Below the pieces are notes generated by a model. It was not told the DNA's origin. It saw only the letters and a program-made list of their open reading frames with translations, and searched no databases. A program made the position numbers and the translations under genes. A DNA stretch of 64,000 nucleotides from Chiloscyllium plagiosum. Its lineage: Eukaryota. Positions 52,570 to 64,000 of this stretch are shown one piece after another (position 1 is the first letter of the stretch; each line of letters begins with the position of its first letter). The stretch spans positions 106,952,896 to 107,016,895 of the forward strand of contig NC_057710.1 of assembly GCF_004010195.1 (NCBI RefSeq), written 5' to 3'.

Positions 52570-53290
52570 TACAAATGGGTCAGAAAAGTGACTGATGCCC
52601 CATCTGTGTAAGATCACACTGGTTCATTTCCCAATGACAAGGTCAGAACTGCAGCCTGGGAGGTAGGATTCAGGAACATAGCTGGCTGGGTGCCATTGAC
52701 TCAGACACTTTGCACTGCAATGGCTGTAACACAATGCTACAGAACTCATTAACAAGAAAATGCTCCATTCAATTAATGTCCAGATGACCTGTGATGTTAC
52801 AACTTCCTGGAGGTATGTGTCCATGAACTTGGCAGCCGCCATGACTCCTACTTGGTACCTTTGAGGATGCTTACCAGTTTGATTAGTGGAGGACGAAGTC
52901 TATCCACTACAACTATGGCTCATGTGCCATTGCACAGGACACTGATTGATGAAGATCGCAGGTACAATGTGCTCATGCTTTGACCAGGGCCATGGCAGAA
53001 CAGACAATAGGGCTGCTGAAGGTGGTTTCACTGCTTGTAGTAATCTATGGGAGAGTCCACTAGCATAGATTGAACATAGTATGCTGCACCATCCTGGAAT
53101 GCAGTGCTATGCACATTTAGAGCAGACAACAAGGCAATGTGATAGATGCTGAAGAACTTTGAGAATGAAAGCAATTTTCCAAGGAGGAGGATGAGGACAC
53201 TGAGGGAGAAGGAGGCTCTCCTTGTCCATGACAGCTCAGCTGTGTCATCAAAATCCAGGCAGGACTTACTTGTCATCCAGTTCCAGTAGA
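52570..53290 (+). mobile_element. PIF/Harbinger DDE transposase relic
   Basis: Frameshifted motifs in the expected order: GAID, INKKMLHSINVQMTCD, GSRHDS, LVEDEVYPLQLWLM, RYNVLM..TRAMAEQTIGLLK. Confidence 0.7.
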
Positions 53291-53314
53291 TAAAAGCCAG
53301 GTGCAGCAGGCCAT

Positions 53315-53790
53315 CAAAGAGTTATACAGCATAGAAATAGACCCTTCGGTCCCACTTGTCCACACCGAACAGATATCTTAATGTGACCTAGTCCTGTTTG
53401 TCAGTATTTGACCCATGTCTCTCTAAACCCTTCCTAATCATGTACCTTTACAGAAGCCTTTTACATGTTGTCACTGTGTTTGTCTCCACCACTTCTTCTG
53501 GCAGCTTGTTCCATACATCCACCACCCTCTGTGTGAGAAAGGTACTCTTCAGGACTTTTTCTCACCTTAAACCTATGCCCTCTAGTTTTGGATTCTCTCA
53601 GCCAAGGAAAAAGACCTTGGCTATTCACCCTATCGATCTTTTGCACCCTCTCAAGTTTAACACCGTCTTTCCTATAGCAGGGCAACCAGAATTGTACATG
53701 GTATTCGAAAAGTCGCCTCACCAACATACTGTAAGCTGCAACATGATATCCCAACTCCTATACTCAATGTTCTGACCAATGAATGGAATG
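53315..53790 (-). mobile_element. CR1/HER1 3' end
   Basis: EYHVQFWLPCYRKD..SKTRGHRFKVR. Confidence 0.85.
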
Positions 53791-54144
53791 TAAAATTGCT
53801 GATGGTTAAGGTTCCAGCTTTTGATTTGCATTATGGAGGCATCCTGCAGGCTTTATTTGTTTTGGTTGTGTTTTCCTTTGGTGGCTGTAATAAAAACTCT
53901 TGTTTGGAGTTGTCTGGTTTGCCTGTCGGCATGTGTGGGAATTGGGGACAGAGTAATGGTAACCTAGAAATGGCGTTTAGATGGGATGTAGTAATGGTGG
54001 TGAACCAGTGAATAGAGTGAAAGAACGTGGTTGTATTTGTGAGAGAGTGTCAGCCATGCCAGCTATGAGCCCTTGAGCAGTGTGGCTTTGGGCTGCTATG
54101 CCATTACTTTGTCAGTGAGGGATAACACTAGATTGCCAGCACTT

Positions 54145-55835
54145 GGACCTAGTGGTATTATTGCTAGACTATTAATTCAGAGACCCAGCTAACACTCTGG
54201 AAACCCAGGTTCAACTCCTGCCATGGCAAATCAGTAATTTTGAATTCAATAAAAATCTGAAATTAAACAACAATTGATGAAAGTATTGCCAATTGTCAGG
54301 AAAACCTACCTGGTTCACTGATGTCCTTCAGGAAAGGAAACTGCTATGCCTACCTGGTCTGGACTGCATTGACTCTTGACCCACAGCAATTTGGTTGAGC
54401 CTTAACTGCCCTCTGAAATGTCTGAGTGAGCTGCTCGGTTGTAACAGCTGTTAGAGACTGTCAAAAAAAATAAAATCAGACAGACCATCTGGCATCAACC
54501 TCGGCACCGGAAATGACAACAGCAAAAACAATGCCTGTTAAGTCCTCCTTATTAAAATCTGGGGACTAGTGTCAAAACTTGGAGAATTGTCTCACGGATT
54601 CATCAAGCAACCACCTGACATAGTCACGCAAAATCATACCGTAAAATGTCCCAGACACCACCATCACCTTTCCTGGATATGTCTTGTCCCACTAGCAGAA
54701 CAAATGGCAGTATGGTGAGATACAGTTGGGAGGGGGTTGCCCTGGAAGTTCTCAACATTGACTCCAGATCCCTTGAAATCTCATGGTATTAGGTTGAACA
54801 TGGGCAATTATCACAGACATATCAGTGTTTCTTCGGATTTACCAACTCTTGGAGGAAGCATTAAGGGTGGCAAGGGTGCAGAATGGACTCTGGATGGGGA
54901 ATTTTAACATCCACAATCAAGAGTGGCTCACGGCAGCACTACTAACTAAGCTGGTTGAGTCCTAAAACAAGTAGATTTGATCTGCAGACTTGATGAGAGA
55001 ATGAACAAGGAGAAAAATCATACGTATTCTCATCCGCAGCAATCCACCTGTTGCAGACACAACTGCCTGTGACAGTAAGAGTGTCGCTGCACTGTCCTTG
55101 TGGAGATGAAGTCATGCATTCGCATTGAGACTATCTCAAATTATGCTGTGTGGCATTATCACTGTGCTAAATGGGATGGACACAATAGATCTAGCAACTC
55201 AATAAACATCTGTTAGGTGGTATGGCCATTGCAACAGCAGAATTATACTGCAACACAATCTACAACCTTGGCATATCACCCACTCCAGCAAGGGAATCAA
55301 CCCTTGTTCAAAGAACAGTATAGGAAGGCATGTTGGAGCAGTACCAGACATACCTAAATATGAGGTGTCAACCTGGTGAAGCTACAAAACAGGGCTACTT
55401 GTGTGTCAAATAACATATGCAGTAAATCAAAGACACAGCTAAACTATTCTGCATCCAATGGATCAGATCGAAGTCATGAATGACATTGGTTAATAAACCA
55501 ACTCGCATTTGGAGGAGGCTCCACAAAAAGCCCCATCCTTAACAATGGGAGTGCTCAATAAGTTAGTGCACAGGATAAGGCTGAAGTATTTGGAACAATT
55601 TTCAGCTAGAAGTACTGAGTTGATGATCCATCATGGCCTCCTCCAGAGGTCCCCAACATCACAGATGCCAGTCTTCAGCCAATTCAATCCCCTCCACATG
55701 ATATCAAGAAACAGTTGGAGGCAATGAATACTGCAAAGGCTATGAGCCCTTACAGCATTCTGGCAAAAGGGCTGAAGACTTATGCTCTAGAACTTGCCAA
55801 ATCCCTAGCTAAGCTTCCAGTACAGTTACAACACT
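54145..55835 (+). mobile_element. 5' part of a LINE with a tRNA-like head followed directly by an APE domain
   Basis: Head ctagtggta / ggttcaactcc, SINE-like body, then IWGLVSKLGEL, PDIV and WMGNFNIHNQEWL motifs. Confidence 0.8.
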
Positions 55836-57759
55836 GATAGGGCAAAAAAAGAAAAATAGAAATGGGAGAGAGAAATAGAAATGGCAGAGAGAGAGAAAAA
55901 TAGAAAGCGTAAATAAGGGAGAGTGCAATAAATTGAAGCAGTAAAAATGAGAACAGAGTATGAAAGGAAATAAGAAATACTGTACCTGGCAGACATGATT
56001 ATCTAAGTTAGTAAGAAAAGCAAATAATGAGCACATGACAACAGTAAAAGAGATTATTAAATAGTGAGAACAGTAACATTATGGTTAATTACTGCTCTTA
56101 TTCGAAGGTCAATTATGGTTTCCTTAAATTTCATGATCAGAACTATACACAATAATCCAGTTGAGGCCTAAGCAAGGCTTTGTATTGCTATAGCAAATCT
56201 TTCTCTCTATACCTGTAGATACAAACCCAACATTCCAGTAGCCTTTTTAATTCATATTTGTATTTGGCCAATATTTTAATAACCAATGATTGTGGAATCC
56301 TATATCTCTTTGGACCTCCCATTGTTCCTGGTTTTACACCATGTAATAGTTTTCACCACCAAATGGTTTATTTCACATGTAATTGTGTTGAAATCCATCT
56401 GCCACATTGTTATCTAAACACTTAATCTATCAATGTCTTTGTGAATTCATGGATCTTTCTGCATGTTAATATGATATATTGCTGTGTCATCTGCAAATTT
56501 TCAATTGTATTATCTATGTCAATAATATATATAGTGAATACTTGTGACCGAAAAGTTAACGATAAAACATGGAAGTTATCCCAAAGTCACAATCTCCTTT
56601 GAAGAACAAAAAAGCAATTCAGAAAAATGTAAGAAAAATGTTCAGAGAAAAAGACTTTAGTTGTGTCTCTCCACTCATTAGCTGTCCATACCAACAAAAT
56701 GTTTCTCCATAAACTCATTTGCCAAGGGAGAAGCAGGTAATTAAGGGTTATAAGAAAATTGTTGGAGGCAGTTCCATTAGTGACTCAGACCTTGGGAATA
56801 ACAAAGTCATGACAAATATTAAGGTTGAGTTGGTGGCCATGAATATTCGCCAGAGAAGTTACAGGGGAAGTAGCATTGAGAGAAGCAAGATAGCAAATGA
56901 ACTCAAAGATCAAAGCCATGAGAATGTAGACAAGAGCTTTACCATTTAAATGTCAGTTCCCTCTACATTCAGTTACTTGAGACATCCTATCATATTCATG
57001 TGTCACCTGGCAAAAACAAATTAAATTGAGAGCATTTCTTTGTTAGCTTCAAGTGCGTCCTTTTGTTTACCTGGTTGGCTGATTCTCAAGGGTACCTCTC
57101 CCTTATGAAGCAATTTTGATGTTGACATTGCACACCAAACATAATACATGATAACTCATCTTGGAGATGCGACTTTGATTCAACATTTGTTCTGCATTAT
57201 CCAACATTATTCCCTTAAAGATGCTTTAGATTGATTTAAGTGAAGAAAATTTTTAAGTGAAGAGAAAGATTAAAAGAGAATATTTTTGTTTATCCATTAT
57301 TACACCATTATTAATTAAAATTATTCATGCAAAACCTCAACAGATATCCTTTAATATTAAAAGTAAGAGAAGGATGTACAGAAAGATATGTAATTGTTTG
57401 GCTGACGTCATATAGGTTCTGACATCTAAAAAAGGTAGACCAAGCCTGAAACCCTAATCTTGGATCTAATTGTGCAGTGTTACATGAAAAGAAGGTAAAC
57501 AGGAGGACGCCACTATTGAATCGAATAATAATAACGAGATGATGGAAAAGCAGATTACACTGAAAGAATACAGATACTTTGCCACTGTGATGACATCATA
57601 AGAAAACTTGGATTAGATTAATAGTGGAAAAGAGAATATGATCAAAGGATTATTAACTTTAAGAAGTTAAATTTATGGCTATGATATGAACTGATGGACC
57701 TAGAATAAAGGGAAACAGGTGAATTATGTTTTAGATTATATTATATGGAAGTACATAGT

Positions 57760-58000
57760 GCCCGTTGTGGTGCAGTGGTAGTATCTCTACCTCTCGTCCA
57801 GAAGATCGAAGTTCAGACTCCTTGCTCCAGGGAGGTGACATAACATATCGGAACAGATTGAGTAAAAAAAAACTCTACATTTACATTAAGCTTATTATGA
57901 CACAGTGTCCTTTACCTCTGAGCCAGGAGACCTGGTTCAAGTCCCACCTTCTCCAGTGATGTGTAACAAACATCTCTGAATAGGTTGATTAAAAGATATC
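57760..58000 (+). mobile_element. Tandem pair of tRNA-derived mini-SINEs
   Basis: gtggtgcagtggtagt..gaagttcagactcc..aacagattga, then gacacagtg..ggttcaagtcccacc..ataggttgatt. Confidence 0.65.
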
Positions 58001-58047
58001 TAATAGTAAAAGGTATGTGTGCCAATCCAGTAAAGTGTAAGGCTCTC

Positions 58048-59115
58048 ATAAGACCATAAGATTTAGGAACAGTTGTAGGCTATTTGGCCCCTCAAGCCTA
58101 CTCCACCATTCAATAGGATCATGGCTGATCCACAATTTCTCAGATCCACTTATCTGCATTTTACCACAAATCTTGATTCCCCTCTGATCAAGAAGCTATC
58201 TATCTCACTTTAAATATGCACATTTCTCAGTGGCTAGGCGTTCCAATGATTTACAACCCTCTGAGATAAGAAATTTCTCCTCACCTCAGTCTTAAATTGC
58301 CTTCTATTTATTCTGAACCTATGCCCTTTGGTCCTAGACTGTCTAGTGAGAGAAAATGTATTCTCAACATTTACCTTGTCAAGCCTCTTCAGGATCTTTC
58401 ATGTTTTAATAAAATTATCTCTCATTCTTCTAAAGTCTAATGAGTAGAGTCACAACTTTAGCCTTTGCTCAAAAGGCAATCCCTCCATACTGGGGATCAT
58501 CCTCCTGAACCTTCGCTGAACTGCCTGCAATGAAATGTTAGCTATCCTTAAATAAGGAGATGAAAACTGCTCACAGTCCTCATTTTGCAATCATTGACTG
58601 TCCCACCTTCCACCACACGCACAGGTAGCAACTTTCAGTTCAATGTCACTTACTGTTTTAAAATAAGTCCTCACATAACTTCTGAATCACTTGCTCAGAA
58701 CTTTATATCTGTAGAGCATTGTCCTTGTATTATCAGTGAATGGGAATCATGTTTCCTTGTCTACCTTATAAAAATCTGTCAAAATATTATACATCTGTCA
58801 AATCTCTATTCAATCTCCTCTGCTCCAAGGACAACAACAACTTCTCCAGCTTGTTGCTTAAAAAAATTCCATTTCTACAACCATTCCTGCATCTTCTGCA
58901 TCTTGCCAACCCTGACTCCACCTTCTCAAGGACCCTCACCTGATTTTCCTAAACAGTAATGATCAGAAATACACTAGTTCAGGCAGAACCAGGGAGGTAA
59001 AGTTTCAACATATCATCCCTGCTTTGTACTCAATGTGTCTATTTCTTATGTCCAAAATCCCAGTTCATCTCACCATGTCCTGCTAGCTTCAAGGATCAAT
59101 GCATGTATACACTCA
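58048..59115 (-). mobile_element. Degraded CR1 fragments
   Basis: (cataaga)n tail; gaagaaatt-like FFTQ reverse motif. Confidence 0.7.
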
Positions 59116-60249
59116 GGTATGTAGTGCTGCTGACTGCACCAAAGTGCCATTCCAACACCCTCACTGTGCAAGGCTAATGTCCCTTGGGGTGGTTGTGGGC
59201 TTATTGTTGAGAAGCCCATCAATGAGATAGTCAATGTCCAAGGCAAACAATAAGGAGCATGGACAATCTTAATCGACTGGTCATTCAGACAATGAATTTT
59301 GTTGTTGTGAACAATAATAATGATTGTTTGGGAGTACTTGTCAGATCCCTCAACCCACTTTTTTGCCTAACTCATGGACATTTGTTTTGGCCTTGTCGTC
59401 CTTAATCTTTTCTGCTGCTGTCTTTATATTCAGCTATGTCTGGAGTCTGTGCAAAGGAAAATTGGTGACAACGTTTCTAAGCAACTTCCCCTCAGTCCAA
59501 TAGTTAACGTCTTTCCCTATAAAGTGAAGAATCAACTTCTCTGTTTCAAATCCTCAATTCACTGGAAACTGCTTCTGATTTAAATCCGCCCACCATGGTC
59601 TCCACCCCTTCTTTTCCTGCATCTGTGCATTTGCCCAATGTTATCAACAATTTGAGATTAGATGGCACTGGATAAGAAAATGGTAGTATGAGACATCAGA
59701 CAACTTGAAGGCCACCCCCAAAACGAAAAAAAGAGCAAACTTTTAAATGACTCACACTGGTACAATGTATCTTGAATATCTCAAAATGGATCTTCAGTAT
59801 ACTTCCAAGTATAATAGGTATTTCCTTAGGCAGTTTGGCCGTAAATGAAATTTGAGTTTGCCTTCAAGGTCTTTCCAGTTAACTGCAACAAAAGACTGTG
59901 TTCTCAATGTCTGGCTACCATTGATAACTTACCATGGAAAGTTCTCCTGCCAATCTTTTAGGTATGGATGCATCATCCTTGCATAAAAGCTGTATCAGAA
60001 AGTTCTTCTGCCAAGTGGATAATAATAATTTAACTTGGTACAGAATCTACTACAGATATTTTGTATGTAAGAGGAAGGTTGGAAGTCCAAGGCTGCTGCT
60101 GACAAACCGAGTAGAATTTCAATACAGGACAGTCCAGCAGTATTTTGGAAAGTAAAAGACTATTATGTAAATTTGCAGCAAACCTGGGCATGAGAAGAAT
60201 AGGTGAGGCTGTTGTTGGAAACTAACCATTATACAGTACTGCCAAAAAA

Positions 60250-62320
60250 GTCCAAAGAAACTGTCCAAAGAAGAGATTAAAGCACTTGGAGCCAGACTGT
60301 TATTGCTCTTGTCAACTTTATTCCCTCAATTGTATATGGGTCCTGGCAAATCCATGCTTTTATTTTTCCCCTGACTCCTATTTATAGAATGGAAACATCT
60401 TGATTGTTTTTTATGAGCCAAGTCCCATTGAGGTTGCGCAACTCGTACTACTATTTATCTGTGAGGATCTTCAACTCACCTGCTGTTCTTATGCCAATAC
60501 TGAGGAGATTCTTACTTGTTACTGAAGTCTAGGAGAATGGTCTGGAATCCTTAGCTTCAGCAGTTGAAAGAGATGGAGTTTTTAACAAATTACTTCTCCA
60601 ATACAGGGTTCAGGCTCTATTTCCTCCACAGGTTGTTCTGGTTCTGAATGTGTTATTTTAAGCTTTTTAAATGTTCCTTTCATCTCCTCCAGGCCTTCAT
60701 CCTCCCTCAATTGTGAGTGTGTCAGTCAGTGCAAGTAAGAGATTTGGCTTGAACATTGAATCAGATGGAGATTGCAATATTTGGAGACTTTATTTAAACA
60801 TCTCTTGCTTCACTTATCATTTATTCTGGTGGTTCAAATGATTAATATCGAGGAAATGCTGGAGGCAACATATTTTCATCAACCTCCAGAATCTCAAAAT
60901 TAGGCACTCCACCTCTGCTATCTCTTCAGCAAAAGTGAAAACCCTCACATTAAATTGGAACATTGGGAAATATTGAGACAAGTCAAAATCGATCAAATTA
61001 GCTCAAAAAAGTGTGAGGTTTGAAAGATCCCAAAGGTCAAATGATAAAGGAATAGTAAATCTGGATGAGTGTCCTCATGAAGTACACAATTGACAATCTC
61101 CTTAACCATTTCTCTTTCTGGGGTGGTTAGGAATGGAGGAAGTACTAAAAGAAATAGAATTTCTATAGAGGCAACCATTAATAGAAGGTGTTAGGCAACA
61201 GGGTATCATCTCTGGATGGACTTATGCCAGTGACTGGTCTTTCTTCTGTCTTTATGAAATTACTAAAATTATTATTATTATTATTATTATTAGGATCATC
61301 ATTATTAGAATAATTATAATTATAAATTATTAAAACTTTACTTGGCCCAGGGTAACTACTCAGATATGGGACAGTCTGGTTTCCAGCTGGTCTGGCCCCT
61401 GCCCAGTCTCAAATGTTTTGGATGCTTTCCCAATATTTTTAATTTGAATGTCCAGACTATATAATTGAAATAAATTGTTTTTCTTCATTGGTTAATATTA
61501 GTTTATTTAAAATTATCATTATACAGGTTCTGGACATCACTAAACTTAGATTGAATTAATTGACAATGAACTCTATCTAGTCATGTTTAAGGTGCCAGTT
61601 CATTGACTCTCTCATGGTTTGTGCTTTCCTGAAGAAATTTCTGTGCAAACCAAGTTACTCAATCATGTCCTCAATGTGGTGTAAGATATCATGTCCAGTG
61701 TAAATCTGCTGCAACACTGACTAAGGTATTTTTATCACTGCTCACCATCAAGATGTTTTCTGGTGAGTTTTCTCAACCATGCCCAGACATGAAGCGCATG
61801 AGGAGAGTTTTGTGCTCTCTTTATTAGGCAGCCAAGTGCTACTGTTGGATCGATCCTGGAATAAGATAATAAATGCATGCTCAAATAATGGCGGATGGGC
61901 ACCCATCTGGCATAACGGCTTTAACCCAAAAAGACTGTAGCCTCTTGTCACAGTGATTCTATGCATTTGATCTCAAATTGGGATTCACAATCAGGCTTGA
62001 TGGAGGACTGTCCAATATTCTTGAATTCTCTGCCACTCTATTGTCATGAATTAGAAATGAGTTAACATCACTCCAATCCTTAAAAGGATGCATTGATTGC
62101 CTCAAAAAGAGCTCATAGCAATAAACCCAATATTCCCTCTGGATCAGATGTCCCAACGGCAAGCAGTGGGAATTGTTGTAAATACTCATTAAGTTATAAA
62201 TTTTTAGATTGAACTTTGTGATTAAGTGGAAGGTGAAACATGGTCCTTCATATTCAGGTCTGGTGAAAACTGTGGTGGAGCCAGCAAGGTAGTTTTTGAG
62301 ATAGATTAGGAGTTGCTTCA
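60250..62320 (-). pseudogene. Degraded transposase-like coding relic (possibly Academ/DUF6589-related)
   Basis: Minus-strand peptide remnants with stops and frameshifts: SLIVNPN, FWVKAVMPDGCP, MRFMSGHG*E, SHWHKSIQ, LVLPPFL, HPDLLFLYHLTF. The family assignment is recalled, not searched. Confidence 0.35.
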
Positions 62321-62804
62321 CTGTTTAGATGGCGGGGTGCAGGAACAGGAGATGGATGTTTTGCTGTTTCATGAAATGTAGGACTTGGCATTCTATGGGA
62401 GGGTGTCGATTGACTTGAAACGGGGGACTGTTGGTGGGAAACAGAGAGAGGCAAAGAGAGAGGGGTTGAAACAAGGGCAGCTTAAGTTTGATTGAGGGGA
62501 GATCAATGGTACTTGAGGAAGAGTTAAGAGTCACCATGGGCAGAGCAGGGATTATGGGGGAGGATCAATGGTGAATGCATGGGGAGAGTGGAGGGTAATT
62601 GATGGGCAATTGAAGATGACGTAGGGAACAATGAGGATGATAGTGGTGATAGTGGGACATTGCAATCAGAAGAAACTGGTAGAAGAGTAGGCCATTCAGC
62701 TTCCCAAATCTGCTCTGTTATCCAGTAATGCGATGGCTAACCAAATTGTGGCCTTAACTCCATTTTCCTGATTGCTGCACCCACCCATCCCCAACAACTC
62801 TATT

Positions 62805-63170
62805 TAAAAATTATTTCATGGGATCTGAGCATCACTGCCTGCACAGCATTTATCACCCACCTCTAATTGTCCAGAGGGCAGCTAAGAATCTATCACATTG
62901 CTGTGAGTCTGGAGTCACGCGTTGGTCAGACCAGGTAAGAATGGCAAATTTCATTTCCTAAAGGGCATTAGTGAACCAAAATTGGCTTTTACAGCAGTCA
63001 ACAATGGGTACATGATCACCATTAGGGCTAGCTTTTTATTCCAGTTTTTTTTTTCTTGAATTCAAATTTCACCATCAACAAGGATAGGATTGAAACCTAT
63101 GTTCCCTGAGCATTGGCATAGTATTCTGGATTGCTTGTCCAGTGACATTACCGTGACATCACTGCCTTCT
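62805..63170 (-). mobile_element. tRNA-derived SINE (same family as 26265-26592) nested in a CR1 remnant
   Basis: cagcatttatcacccacctctaattgtccagagggcag..ggcattagtgaacc. Confidence 0.8.
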
Positions 63171-64000
63171 CCAAACTCCTTTGGTGACCAAAACCTCTCT
63201 ACAATTCATCATCTAAAATATGCAGTGACCAAATGTTCACTGCTCTCTTGGGTTGAACATTATAAACATTAATGGTCCTCTGAGAGAAGAAATTTTGTCG
63301 TATGTCAGTCCTAAACAGGAGACCCAGTATTTTAAATTTTGTCTCCTAATTCCCTGTGATGGGAAACTTTCCCTCAGCATCCATGCTGTAAAATCCTCTC
63401 AAAATCTTATATTCTTCAATAAAATTACCTCTCATTCTTCAAAATTCTTTCCTTTTTGCCTTTTAATTTTCCACATTTCTCAGATACCTTTTGTGTCTTT
63501 TACTGGAAAGACAGGCACAAAATACTCTTCAAATCTCTGCCAGTCCCTTGTTTCCCCGTTATTAATTCCACAGTCCCTTTAGTAATTCAATGGAATAATG
63601 CTTGGTTTAGCCACCTTTTTCATTTTTATTTACTTATAGAAGATATTACTGCCTTTTAAAAATATTTCTTACTTGTTTTCTTTCATAATCTAATTTCTCC
63701 ACATATATTACGCTTTGAGTAGTCATTTGATTGTTCCTAAAATGCTGAATTTGTTTGCCCTACCACTAATCATTGCAGCATTGTATGCCTTTCCTTTCAG
63801 TCTAGTGCCTTCTTAACAGAATTATCAACAGATTGTACATCCTACTCACAGTCCTTTTTCAGTGGAACACAGTATACTGCTGTTGAAAGTTATGAAATAA
63901 CAACTGTGATGTTGGGGACTTCATGAGGAGGTGGAGATGGGTCATCCATTTGACAATTCCGTCTGAAGATGGATGTACTGGCCTCATGCATTGTTGAGAA

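Overview
Eukaryotic DNA, most likely from a cartilaginous fish (HE1-type V-SINEs, HER1/CR1 LINEs and DeuSINE relics point to a shark). The only host gene I can support is RBPJ (CSL/Su(H), the Notch effector) on the minus strand. Its CpG-island promoter and first coding exon (MAPVVTG) lie at ~47.9 kb. A 30.9-kb intron follows, then exon 2 (16970-17008) and exon 3 (16040-16135), all GT-AG and in phase 2. The remaining exons lie beyond the window start. Most of the rest is nested, decayed transposable elements, and nearly all ORF-track entries are TE fragments or noise. Points worth a second look: (1) several families of Penelope-derived, often fold-back elements carrying minimal hammerhead ribozyme motifs, some with clear TSDs; (2) a tRNA-headed LINE sharing both ends with a SINE; (3) an inverted pair of CR1 copies with the same inactivating lesions; (4) a young solo-LTR-like insert; (5) a degraded, possibly Academ-like transposase relic and a Harbinger relic; (6) an RBPJ promoter with twin TCTCGCGAGA motifs; (7) a hairpin over the exon-2 donor. 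I see no CRISPR array, rRNA or genuine tRNA. TE boundaries were read by eye and are approximate unless a TSD is given.
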